Positions 24,201 through 37,300 of a stretch of 64,000 nt of DNA are shown here, piece by piece. Under the pieces are notes generated by a model. The model did not search any database, had not been told where the DNA came from, and saw only the letters and a list, made by a program, of their open reading frames with translations. Numbering within the stretch: the stretch's first letter is position 1; every line of letters starts with the position of its first letter. Source of the stretch: Takakia lepidozioides (lineage: Eukaryota > Plantae > Bryophyta); the NCBI GenBank assembly GCA_030704615.1, contig CM060731.1:26660001-26724000 (forward strand). The letters run 5' to 3'. A program made the translations under genes and the position numbers.

Positions 24201-26991
24201 TGGCCGAGGCTGACCAAGCAGAGGAACAGTGGCGAGCACAGTATGGGCAAGTCACAAGGCCTGGCGGGAAGGCTCGTTCGCTTCCTGGTGCAATGGACTT
24301 GTGGGATTGGACAATTGTGGAGCAGGACAGAAAAGTTTCAAAGAAGAAGAAAAAGATGAAGAAGCATTCTATTCGTTTGGTGGGTCGGTTGGCACCAAAT
24401 TCTCAGAGAGTCCATCCGTCACTCGGCAGTTCTGGCGGCCTCATCCGAACCAGTCCTATTTGCGAAGTGGACCATGAGTTTGTCAAGGTTTCATCAGGTA
24501 TATGGCTTTACGATTGAAGGTATAATAGAACATTTCTTTCCATCATTTGCATTTGGGAATGATCGCACCAACTGATTCATGGCTAAAGATTAATAGGCTC
24601 CCTGAAACAGGATCGGAAGTTCTGCCTGTTCTGCACAGGAGACTCCTCTCTCTTGCCCCATAAGATTCTTGGGCTTTCTGGATCTTTCATCCAGTTCTTT
24701 CTTTACCTGGCTCTCAGCTTCTCAGTTTCCTGGTTGTAGTTGCTCCAGCAGTTGGTAATTCTTGGAATGAACCAAGACAGCTTTCTGTGGATCTTATAAA
24801 CTTTGTTCCTCTCCTTCTCTCTATCTGAGAATACTTCCTCTCTTCAACTGTGTCAACTGCATACATGAACCCCCTTGAGCTATCATAATGTGGAGGGTTA
24901 AGGGATGCAAGCCCAGCATTCCAGGTTCCTGTGTGCATTGGGAGTCACACACAGAGTTGTCGTGTTGTGCTATATTTAACATATGGTAATCTGCAGGTCG
25001 GATCTATAAGCTGCGGCGGCCAAGCTCCAAGCATGTGGCAGCAGTGGTTAACTATGATTCATCAAACCCTACACATGATTGGGGTTTTCCTCCATTGAAG
25101 GTCTTGCTCACTGAGGACGCAGAGGGGGAAACTGGATACACTCCCGAGACAACAAAATTGTCAGCCGACATGGTGGTGTCAAAGCCTTTTGTTCCCAATT
25201 ATGGACACTGGCGGTTCCAGCCCTTGGTTTCAACCAAGGTCGGTAATTTTATCGTAGGGTAACCAAAGCTTGTAAATCCTGACTGATATGAGCATTATCA
25301 TTTCTACATTTGCCTTTGAACCAAAGTTCCAAGTAGCTAATACCACTCAACAGTATAATCTAATGTAAAAATGTAGAGTTACAGACAGATCATGTATGTT
25401 GCTGATTGGTGCGTCTCCTACCTGACTTGACACAACACTTCAGACAGTGAGATGCTGGCTTTGCTACCATAGTGATGAGGTACAGCAAGGTCAGGCAATC
25501 TCTAACTGTTTGCCGTTTTTGATCTTGAACTTGAGTCATCCGCAGAAAATCAGGGGTCCTTCAGTGAGTGCTTCATTTTTAAGTTTCACCCAGGACGAGG
25601 CTGCCGAGATGGAACAGGCAAGGCAAACATGCATTTGCCCCTCCTTATATGTTCTTAGGAAGTGTTCACAACATGGCGAATGTCTTTGTGTTGTAGAATC
25701 ATCCCCAAGAATCGGTTTTAGGTCATCTCTTCCTAAGAATCTCTAACATCCAACTGAGAAACAGCTATGTCAACCACTGAGTACTGCTCTAACTTTCTGT
25801 GAGTTGCCTTCCAATGTGATTCAGAGAAAGCATCGGTACAGAGACAGGGCTGCAGAGCGCCGAACTTTGCATAGGGGATTTGGGACTGGCCCTGGTCAGA
25901 AGGGGATGCCAGAACATGAGATTGAAAGGCTGGAGGCAGAAGCTGCCACAGAGATGCCTGCAGCTTTGGCAAAAGCTGCACTAGCACCCCGCTTAGGCAA
26001 GGACAATGTTGGCAAGCGCATGCTAGAGGGCATGGGATGGAAAGAGGTGAGGCCAGCGGCCACCCAAATTGCACTGTCTGTAGTGCTATTCTGCGTTTTT
26101 TTGTTTTCCATATTCTATATAATTTCTCTTTCTTTCTGTGCCTTATAGGCTCTTGTTCTCAAGTTTCTTTCTATGTTCTTCTTTTTTCTTTTTCCTTCTT
26201 TTCTTTGAAGAGAAGAGGACCAGATCAAACTTTATTCGAAACCTGTATTAGAATTGAAACACCACTGCAAAGCCGAGAAATGGCATAAGGTAAGAAACCA
26301 CAGACCAACAGAAGAGAGCCAAAAGCCCAAAACAAAGACAAATTCCTCGGATGGAAGAATCCCTAGCTTCCAGAACTATCTTGAAGCTCCAACCCATAGG
26401 TCTGACATGAAGCTGGTTGGATCTCATGATGATGTGCAAATACATACAACAGGTTGAAGGCTGATCTTCACTGCTCCATCAGCACCGTAGGCAGGTTAAA
26501 CTAACCAGGTCACTGAAGATTCCAAATCTCCTTTCTGGGGGTTTGGAGTCCCCAGGATAAACTCTCTCTCCACAGCAAATGTCACATATGTGGCTGTGCT
26601 AGTTGTACTGTTGTGGAAAGATAGAGTAGAAGATGGAGGGGCTAGAGCGCAGTGCTGGAATTAACCTTGTACTGTCTGTATTTCACCAATGCCCTGGCAA
26701 TTTTGTGCGAGCCTCGGATACCCTGGTGGAATGAAACCCTATGACTGGCTCCGGGAGGGTTAGTAACATCCTAAGCTATATGCAGCTTTCATCTTCACAG
26801 TTCTCTTTCATCTTCGATATCTTTGCAAGCTCAGATTATTCTGTGGAAGACTCATCAAATGGATCAAAGCCTTGTGATAAAGATTGTGCTATGTGTTGCA
26901 GGGCCAAACACTGGGGCCTGGGGAAGGGGGTCTGATCAATCCTATTCAGGCTCTTGGAAACTCTGGTCGTGCTGGCTTAGGCTGGGGCTAG
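21230..26991 (+). CDS. OCRE- and G-patch (D111) domain protein; start codon not located
   Basis: Exons ~21230-21357 (SGFYYDAKGGWYYSTRDGLYY), 21740-22151, 22659-22968 (WIEEALIELYL), ~23486-23695 (ELEEGEW), 24039-24497, 24997-25238, ~25825-26046 (YRDRAAERR; NVGKRMLEGMGWKE) and 26902-26991 (GQTLG...RAGLGWG*). Most splice phases are compatible. Confidence 0.85.
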
Positions 26992-27953
26992 TAGGTAATA
27001 ACAGCTGCAGGCAAATGATAATGACGGCTTGTTTTCAACTGTTGGTTGAAGTCATTACAAGTAATAATCACTCCAGTGGAAGACAGATTCTTCAGGGAAC
27101 CATGTAAGTATTGCACAAACAGCCTTTCTTCCACCTAGGAAGTCTTCATATGCAAGATGATGTCGTTCTCGTGTTATGCTGCTATTTATGGGCGGTGACA
27201 TCATTAACTTGTTATGGTCAACTAGGGCATCTCTCTTTGAAATCTGTTGGGTTTGCTTGAACCTATTCTATCTTCTCCTTTGTTCCGCCCAAATTGGGCA
27301 CAGGGTCTATGGGCACAAGGCTACGGCAAAGAACGTTATATGAGTACATTCTGTTTGACATCTTTACACTACTTGGTTCTTTTTGCAGCATCTGCGTGCG
27401 TTCTCTGGCAACAAAAACAATTGAATTGTTTATGCGCAAGTCATGTCAAAGTTTATATTGGTGTGCACCTTCAAGATGCTTTGTGAGGAAAGGCAGTTTC
27501 ACGTTTTTGGAAAGATTCTCTCCAAAGTACATGTGCATAGAGTGGTCAATACACAAATGTTGTATCAAACATCACTCTACTATCCGTTAAGGAGATGGAC
27601 TGCATTCTTAGGAAGCTTTGGAATGAAACCCACTTTGTAAACAGCAAGTGAGATGATTTTGAAATGAGGTTGCCGGACGCTCAAACTTCACCACACATTT
27701 GTACCAAGCAATAAGCAATATTGCACTAGCTTCAATTTTGTAGAGGTGAGTTTGGTAGTAGCTATATCCTAGCCACAAGAAACCTAACACTACTGAAGTG
27801 GCATTGTGGGCATGTGAATGCGGGCGTGCGATCATGAGCCTGGAAACGTGAGCCTACACTTTCCGAAACCTGTGGATCTATTATCGGAGGGAGAGGACAC
27901 CTATTACCTAGGGAATTAGTCATTGAAGTGTGTGGAGAACAATACAAATATAA

Positions 27954-29000
27954 TCAATATATGAATTAAGACGATATGTTTGTTTGTTTGTTTTGTCACG
28001 TTGAGATGTCCCAAACCGCGAGGCCCCAACGCTAGTGCTTGGTACCATTGGAAAGCCCTCCACGAGGAGGGGTGCACCGGCTTGGTCTCATGATTTTTGG
28101 ACGAGGTGTGGGAGATACAGAATTCTGGTCGGTGGAAATTCCCCGAAAAATAGCAAAAATGGCAAAGTGGGCATTCCTGGGACAATGGTTGGAGCCTCGA
28201 CCGGAGAAAGATCAAGGGAAAGGTCTCTGGTTCAAATCTGGTCATAGGCTAAAAATGATCAGATATTGGATTGCCCTTGGTCTTAGATGACACTAGACAC
28301 TTGGGCCTGTACATGGGAGATGCACTTGGATACATGAATAGAAGATTGCACTTGGGCTTAAATTTCAATTCTTCACACATGGGCCAATGGCATAGGCTAC
28401 ACTAGAGGTTGCACTTGGGCCTCGACATAGGAGACCCACTTGGATATATAAGAAATTGCACTTTCAATTCTTCACACATGGGCTTTGACATAGGAGACGT
28501 TACTTGAATACATAGGCGATTGCACTTGGACTTAGATTTCAATTCTTAACACATGGGCCAATGGCGTAGGTTACTCTAGGCCTAGATCTCCCAAACAGGA
28601 GGGTCTCTAGATGCATAGGGGATTGCACTTGGACTTAGATGACATTGGACACTTGGGCCAACGGCACAGGCTACCCTAGAGGTTGCATTTGGGCCTCGAC
28701 ATAGGAGACTCACTTTGATACATAGGGGATTGCACTTGGACTTAGATGACACTAGACACTTGTGCCAACAGCACAGCCTACCCCAGTCAATATATGAAGG
28801 GAGCAAGTTTGTTTGTTTTGTTTTGTTTTGTAGCGTCGTTGAGATCTCCCAAACCGCAGGGCCTAGCCCCGGTGTTTGGTGCCGTTGAAAACCCCTCGAT
28901 GAGGAAGGGTGCACCGGCTTGATTTTTGGACCGGCGGTGTGGGAGATGTCGAATTTCAAGTACTTTGGGCCGCTGGAAATTCACGAAAAATAGCGAAATG
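27954..29000 (+). mobile_element. Non-autonomous Helitron-like repeat: two TC-initiated heads plus ~120-bp subrepeats
   Basis: 'tcaatatatgaa...gttgagat(g/c)tcccaaaccgc' heads at 27954 and 28787, with degenerate subrepeats at 28280-28785. Inverted relatives at 30270-30430 and 33895-34318. Confidence 0.55.
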
Positions 29001-29812
29001 GGCTGTAGAGCTAAAAAGAGGTCTTGCATTCACCTTTCTCTTCCCTTGTACAATATTGGTTAGTCCATGACATAAGCACACCGCAGCGGAAGATGAAGAT
29101 GTCACTATGCCACTTGTCAAGCATATTCTAGAAACAAGTATGCCTAGTGTAGAAAGTTACCTATCTAGTTCATTTGTTTTTATTTACTGATTTGCTTGAC
29201 TGCCCATTGGAAGGGAAAAACCAGCGCTGGTTGGTAAATCTGATCCGAAGCACGCTGCACTGATGGCCCTCCTTGGTATGTTTAGATTTGTGATGCATCG
29301 TGGTGGTAAGCCAGTAGGTGGGACCTCATTATTTCTACCACAAAAGTTGCTCTTGCATTCCACTTCCCATGAAGCTCGCAACACCCTATGTATATTACTC
29401 TCTATCCTGCAAACTAGTATCTAATATGCATAACTAAGTTGCTAAGATCTTTGATAATGGCTGGCATAACTATAAGGATTATCAGCCTGCAATGGGTTTA
29501 ATGCTCTGGAAATGAACAATAACACCTATCTTTGCTGCAAACATGCCCATAATGCAAGCATTTATTTACACTCTAAGTCCCCTCTTCACCTTGCCCAAAA
29601 TGTTAATGAGTCCTAAGATCATAACTGCACCCTTACTATACTGCTGGTATACTCTAGTACATTCAGAAATCACTCTTAAGTCCTCATCTCACCTCCAAGT
29701 CCCCAAACACCTAAAGATCTGATCTTTCAATGACTTCAAAAGATACTCAACTTCATAATCAAAGACTTTTCATGTGCACCAAAGTATCAGCCTTTACTGC
29801 CCATCCAGTATT

Positions 29813-31340
29813 GGGGGGGGGGGTGCTAGTCTGTGAGCGGCTCACGTGAGCGGAAAGATGCATGAGCGGGAAGATGCCAATCCGTGAGCGGAAAGATGCT
29901 CACGTAATAGGGTGCATGGGCCTACAATCGCGGATGAGGAAGCCCCGGAAGACCTATTTCCGCGGGAATGAGTGTACATATCATGCGTACTCGGATGAAT
30001 GTTGGATGAATGATGGATGAATAATTCATGAATGGTTGAATGCGAGATGGTTGATGGATAGACATATGCTTCGCAATGCATGAACAATGGATGAGTAGAT
30101 GGTTAAAGACTGGATGTATTATCGGAGGTCATCGCTCAGGTACTTCCCCGGAATGAGGATATAGTAGATGTACCTGAACCATACATTCAGAAAACACAGA
30201 TGCAGCAGGTGCTTGTTAATTCCCATTAAACCCCCTTGTAATCAATGTTGCGTTGATGCAAGGTTGATCCCTGTGTAGCCTATGCCGTTGGCCCAAGTGT
30301 CCAAAGTCTTATAAGTCATCTAAGTCTAATCATTATTTTTCCACAGAGCCTACGACCAGATTTGAACCGGAGACCTTTCCTTTTATATCTCTCCTGTCGA
30401 AGCTCCAACCATTGTCCATGAATGCCCTATAGGGCAACATCAGGTTCCACGATCTGCAGGCACGAAAAATTAGTTAAGTGTCGGGAGAGAGGAGAAAGAC
30501 GATGCAGGTAGGAAATGAAAGGGGCGCGGATGGATGAAATGGGTGAGCACTCAGTTAATCAACATGGATGACAGGTGGATGGACGATGGATTAAGGCGAT
30601 GGATGAAAACGTCGAAAATGGATGGCGGGGACCAAGTGGCACATCCATTTAGTTTCTTTGAAGTAGACGAATGAAATAAAATCATCTGGCTGAGATGGAT
30701 GAACTAGCATAGTTCATCCATCAAAGGAAAGAGGTGGTAGGTAACCGTAGCTAGATTTGGGGGAAGCAGCTAGAAGGATTTCATGAAGTGGTGCACGCTG
30801 AGAGGGGGAGTAATACCCGCAGCGCGCAGGGGGTAGATTAGACGAATAAAGACCTTACGGTGGCCGATAAATTAGTGATCCACCGGCGCACCGTCCGGTG
30901 TCGATGAGGGCACCGGGGAAGAATATAAGCGAGACTAGGGAAGGAATAAAGCACCTGGGACTTGTGAGAGAAATAGAGATGGAGGCTGATTGGAATCCAT
31001 ACTGGGAGGGAAGCTAGCGTGTGAGCGCGCTCACACTTAGCGCACTAAGCGTGAACAGACTTCATTAAGCGTGAGCAGATCTCTTAAGCGTGAGCACATA
31101 AGGGAAGCGGAGCGTATAGCCGTGGGAAAAGCAAGACCTATTGTCGTGGGGGCAATGTTGAGTGGAACGGAGGGTAACATACGATGTCTGGGACCTAAGA
31201 CGTCGAGTTCTATGTATGAAAATTTGAGAGAAATATGTGGCGAAATTCTTAAGGATTAATGGGTATGTGGAATGGATGAATGTAGGATGAATGCAGGATG
31301 ACAAAAGATGGATGAATGAAGCATGGATGACAGCAACACG
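29813..31340. mobile_element. Nested degenerate repeat fragments (G-run termini, GGATGA-rich, plus an inverted piece of the Helitron-like family)
   Basis: Similar starts at ~29813 and ~31004 (ggg..gctag..tgtgagcg..ctcac). 30270-30430 is a reverse-complement relative of 28170-28300. Confidence 0.4.
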
Positions 31341-31360
31341 AGGTTAATTTCAGAGAACTT

Positions 31361-32240
31361 GAAATCAACCTTGTGTCAACGCGAGGTTGATTTCCGAGTG
31401 GAAGTGGATGATTACGGTAGTTGTTTTTTTTTTTTTGGAAAAATGATGCTTTCATTTCTCAAATCAAGGTTGCGTCAATGCAAGGTTGATTTGCATCCTG
31501 CGACTTTTTTTGTTTTGTTTTTTTTGGTCATGCAAATCAACCTTGCGTCAACGCAAGGTTGATTTGAGAAATGAAAGCATCCTTTTCCACAAAAAAGAAA
31601 AAGAAAAAAAGGATGCAAATCAACCTTGCGTTGATGCAAGGTTGATTTGAGGAATGAAAGCATCTTTTTTCCAAAAAAGAAAAAAGAAAAAAATTGAAGT
31701 CGCAGGATGCAAATCAACCTTGCGTTGACGCAACCTTGATTTGAGAAATGAAAGCATCCTTTTTGCACTGTTTTTTGTATTTTGTATGGGCAAATCAACC
31801 TTGCGTTGACGCAAGGTTGATTTGAGAAATGAAAGCATCATTTTTCCAAAAAAAGAAAATTGAAGTCGCAAGATGCAAAACAACTTTGCGTTGACGCAAC
31901 CTTGATTTGAGAAATGAAAGCATCCTTTTTGCACTGTTTTTTGTATTTTGTATGGGCAAATCAACCTTGCGTTGACGCAAGGTTGATTTGAGAAATGAAA
32001 GCATCATTTTTCCAAAAAAAGAAAATTGAAGTCGCAAGATGCAAAACAACTTTGCGTTGACGCAACCTTGATTTGAGAAATGAAAGCATATTTTTCAAAA
32101 AAAAAAGTTGAAGTCGCAGGATGCAAATCAACCTTCCGTTGACGCAACCTTGATTTGAGAAATGAAAGCATCATTTTTGCACTGTTTTTTGCATTTTGTA
32201 TGTGACACAATCAAGGTTGCGTTAACGCAACCTTGATAAT
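31361..32240. repeat. Tandem array of aaatcaaccttgcgt-tg-acgcaaggttgattt palindromes
   Basis: More than ten palindrome copies; 166-bp higher-order period (31855 versus 32021); orientation flips near 31530. Confidence 0.9.
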
Positions 32241-32900
32241 GCTATGGATTTCAATCGCCTCTTTCGGGAAATAAATCTTTGTCTTGCTTAGTGTTTCGTG
32301 TCTTCTAGTCTTTTGGGAAGACTCCGGCCAAAGCCAGCATAACTAAGAGCCACTTCGCCTTGCGGCTACTGGGATGGCTCTCCCGTCCTTACATAACTTC
32401 TAACGTGAAACACAATAAATCTTGATGTAGTGTTGGTTCTTAACAGGCTAGTTGGTTGTACAACAAATCAAGTCAGTTAGTGACAAAGGATGTGAGTTAT
32501 CAAAGGGCTTCGAGGATCTGATCATTCTTTTGTTGTTTATAAAGGTTTTCTCAAATAGCGTACTGGTCGAAGGAGTCCCTTTTGAAGTCGTAGGACATCT
32601 GATTTCTGGGATCTGTTCATTCCTCCACTGTAAAAACTGACGTTTATAGCTCTGTACCAGTGATCAAAGTGTTGTTGTTTGTACAAATGACTTGCATGTC
32701 CCATATGCCCCACATGACCTTGAGTAAATAAATGAATTTCTTGCTTCCTAAGATGGTGGCATTTTGAAGGTATGTCTACATAAAGAGGCCAGGCCGTGAG
32801 CCCATGCTGTGACCCTAGGCTCACGCCTTGATGATGTGGTTTGAGCCTAGGCTCACAATTGTCCATGTGGCTGAATTCATGGCCTATGCCACATCATCAA

Positions 32901-34318
32901 TTAGTAAGAGTGTCTATTCTCGTGGACACGCTCCCCTATTGCCACACAACAAATTGGAGATTAATTAGAGATTTGTCATCATGATGTCGTATGTCTACAG
33001 AACAGATCCGGAGATGAGGATTGTGTATACCTATCCATATCATGGAGGAGAAACATGTATGAAATGAGAGCAACCCCAAGCCTCTCCTATCTCCAGCAAT
33101 CCCAATCCCAACCTCTGATGACAGAGAGCTCAACAGTACAATAGACAATATGGGGTTGCTACACACTTGTTTTCTAACCTCTGTCAAAACCAAAAGGCTT
33201 TATTTTTTATTTTTTATTTTTTTGGGTGTGTTGACGCACACTTGTTTTCCAGCCCACATCAACCCAAAAAACATGTTTTTTGGTTGCGGCAAAACAAGTT
33301 TGCATCAATTCAGCCCACTTCAACCCAAATAATAATAATAATAATATTTTTTCTTTTAAATAATTTCGGGTGTGTGTATGCTGCAAGACACTTGTTTCCA
33401 GCCCACGTCAACCCAAAAAAAGCTGATTGTTTTTCTCTTTTCTTTTTCTCTTTTTTAGGGGTGTGTGTGCGTGCGCGCTGCGTGCAAAACAAGTTTGCGT
33501 CAACTTATTTCCAGCCCTTGTCAAAACCACCAAAAAAAACATTTTAAAAAAAAACCCAAAAAAATATTTTTTCTCTGTACTGCAAAACAAGTGTGCGTTG
33601 ATGCACACTTGTTTTCCAGCCCAAAAATATATATAAAAAAAACGGTGTTTTCTTTTGTGTGCTTCACCGCACACTTGTTTTCCAGCCCATGTCAACCCAA
33701 AAAGAATCAGAAAAACATTTTTTTTTTTAATGCTGCAAAACAAATGTGCATTGATGCACACACTTCTTTTACAGTTCACCTCAACCCAAATAAATAAATA
33801 AATAATCTGGTTTAGACTAGGGCTGAAACAAGTGTGCATCAGCGTACACTTGTTTAGTAAAAACCCCAAACCTCTCCTATTCTTCAAATGCTACTAAGGT
33901 AGCCTGTGCCATTATCCCAAGTGTCCAATGTCATCTTTCAGTCCAAGTGCAATCCTCTCTATATCCAAGTGCGTCTCCTACGTCAAGGTCCAAATGCGAC
34001 CTCTAGGTAGCATGTGCCATGGGCCCAAGTGTCATCTGAGTCCAAGTGTAAGATCTTCTATGTATCCTAGTGCATCTCCTATGTCGAGCCCCAAGTGCAA
34101 CCTCTAGGATAGCCTGTACCTTTGGCCCATGCGTGAAGAATTGAAAATCTAAGACCAAGTGCAATTTCCTATGTATCCAATGCGTCTCTTATGTTGAGGC
34201 CCAAGTGCGACCTCTAGTGTAGCCTATGTCGTTGGCCCATGTGTGAAGAATTAGTCCAAGTGCACTCTCCTATGTATCCCAAGTTCGTCTTCTATGTCGA
34301 GGCCCAAATGCGACCTCT
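32901..34318 (-). mobile_element. Helitron-like element 3' portion: subrepeats, palindrome array, terminal hairpin and CTAA end
   Basis: On the minus strand: ~120-bp subrepeats (33895-34318), aaacaagtgtgcg-ttga-tgcacacttgttt palindromes (33150-33860), hairpin gtgtcca..tagacac (32910-32929), then CTAA|T at 32901. Confidence 0.55.
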
Positions 34319-34377
34319 GACGGGGGGCAAAGAGAGTCAATGAAATGGATTTGTTGTGTCCGTTGACACCCACAGCC

Positions 34378-37300
34378 TCACTTAGCACTTGCCAGCTCAG
34401 TGCGCAACTGTTTAGCAGCATTGACCAAGTTGGTGAGGGCTGGAATCACTTCATTGTACTTGCGAGTCTTCAGTCCACAATCGGGGTTGATCCACAACAC
34501 CTTTGACTCTAGAACCGCCAGCATCTGCAGACATCCACTGGCATTTAGCTTCTCCAATCTCCCTTACCTACATCTACCATCTGGTTATGGGCTTTTGGAC
34601 TTTTGGAGCATGTCGTGAACAAGAATCATAATCAAGATTGACCATCAGCTTTTCTTAAAAGACGTCTAGAGAAGCAGGCAAGACAGACATTGTGCAGTAC
34701 CGGCCAACTCCTGGCGTGACCCTTGCCATGGCAGGAACCAGTACCACCAAATATCATGAGCAAAGCAGAGACTGTTACCCCGTACTACTATATCCAAGAT
34801 GCCTCCAACTTCAACTTCAATTCAACACTTTCCTTCACAAAATCTTAATTTTAGATTGTCCAACAAATATACCGCCTTTCAGGCTTTAATCTTCATTACT
34901 TTCACAGCTATGAAGATTTCCATTTTAAGGCAGGCTTAAATCCCATATCATCCCCTTCTCTCCATACCTTGCGTGCTCGCTCAGCCATCTCCTCAGTGTC
35001 AGGGATCCGGGGAGAATGGATGTCATAAACACCCGGCCCAATGCCAGCAGCATAAGTCACCCCCTCACGGAACACAGACAGAAGCTTCTCATCTGAACGT
35101 GAGTTTTCGATCGTGATGACATCGGCATCCATATCAATAATGGAATGAATAATGTCGTTGAAGTTAGAGTAGCACATATGGGTGTGGATCTGCACACCAA
35201 GAAGACTCATCAAAAGATAATCCCTACTTGCTAGAAAAACCAAATGCCTCGTTACATTTTCGCACACACACATCCTTGTTAGACCTTTCTTTGGCCAGGT
35301 GTATGGTTAAATGCTACAGCAAGCAAAATGCAGTGACCACATCCTCTCTTCCCCCTCCCAACACACCTGAGTGGTATCCTTCACGCCACTTGTGGTGATA
35401 CGGAAACCATGGACAGACCAGTCCAAGTAGCTGGCATGCTCCACCTTGCGAAGGGGCAGCCCCTCACGCAGGGCAGCTTCATCAATCTGTATTACCTGCA
35501 GGCAGTAGATGAAATTGTCACCAACACGAGAACCTGTACCAAGGCCAAAGTTTTCCACTGCAGTCTCTGGGCCCCTTACTTTGGACGTCAGGGTGAATCC
35601 AAGGTGCTTACATTTCTGCTGCCATCAAACACTAATGCTAAGATTGCAAATCACTAGCAATCAACCACCATAGCTGTCATTTACCCCACACACAGCCTTC
35701 AATTGTAATCATAAGACATTTCTGTGTACATGAATGTGGTTACTTGCCTGAATGCCAGCAGCCTCAAGGTCTTCAACCTCATCTTTAATAGCCAAAGCAA
35801 TCTGCATGCAAGTCTCTGACCTGCAATATCCATCCTCACAATCACATCCTGCGAGTGGTTACTTGCGATCAACAAACAAAATTCAACTCAAAAGCTATCC
35901 TAATGTAACAAAATCTTTTAGGCCTCCAACATATAATCTAAAGAAATGAGAAAAATACCATCAACCTCACTAGCCCAGACAAACAGCAGCCATTCCAACA
36001 CCTTATCCAAAACCCAAAAGGCTCTCTCTATTGTCATTCTATTAACTTAAAATGTCAATGTAACTCGAGCCTTACCTGGGCTGATCATTTCTTACAAAGG
36101 ACCAGTTGAGAATGGTGACAGGACCTGTAAGCATGCCCTTCATGGGACGGGCTGTTAAGCTCTGCGCATACTTTGACCAGAACACAGTCATAGGCTTAGG
36201 CCGGCTCACATCCCCATAGATGATTGGGGGCTTTACACACCGGGACCCATATGATTGCACCCACCCATTCACTGTGAAAACAAATCCCTGCAGCTGCTCC
36301 CCAAAGTACTCCACCATGTCGTTTCTCTACAGGAATGTCAACCCAAGCAACCCAGTTAATATTCAGACTGCTACCCTGGAGAGCTAATGATGGATAACCA
36401 TTTTTCTGATCAACATACAAATACGGCACTCGTAACTCTTTAGTGATTGAAAGGGAAGATCAATTGATGCCATTTCAATAGTATCACAACATCAGCAAAG
36501 CAATTTAAAGAATTAAAAACACCAACAACAACATATATTTGTCGCAGCAGTGGGTTGAAAAATGCTGAACAGATTCAAATGAATTCGGTTGACACTCTTG
36601 AGCTGCATGGAGAGTAACTGACCTCAGGTTCACCATGGACAAGGACATCAAGATCAAGCTGCTCCTGCAGCTTTGTAACACTCTCAATCTCTTTCTGGAT
36701 TGCCGTCACATATTGATCCTCAGTGATCCTGCAAAGCCAACAAATTCATCAAGATGATTCAACCAGAACTCCGAAATCACCTCACAGCACAGATAGGGCC
36801 ATTGCTACATAAAGTATGGACATTCACACCCAATCCATCCACGGCAGCAGCCAGTTTGGACACTTACGATGAACAACCTCAAGGACAAGGAATTCAACGA
36901 CGGAGGAGTGACCTTTCGGGCAAGAGAAGTAAGAGCATGTGCTGCCGAGAGATCACAGCAACACTGCAAGCCTCAAGTTTCGTGTAGTTTTAACAAGGTT
37001 GTCACACCATCATGGCTAGGATAAAAAGTGGTGGTAAGGCTCAAGCAGTCAAGGCTCCTGAAGTAAAGCCAAAATAGAGCATATCTTCAATTAACTACCG
37101 AGTTAGACAACATGACGATTCATGTAGCTTTCAGTTGGAAACTGTCAATGGGGAATCTGACAGTTAAAGAGATCTGAAAAAGAAGTAAAACTACATAAAG
37201 GTCCAGCAGACCCCATTCAATTGTGTCATTACTGCTGCAGTTGGAAACTGTCAATGAGGGAATCTGACAGTCAAAGAGATCTGAAAAAGAAGTAACACTA

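Noticed and set aside
31475-33887. Multiple repetitive ORFs (MLSFLKS..., HTCFPA...)
   Set aside because: Translations of non-coding palindromic tandem repeats.
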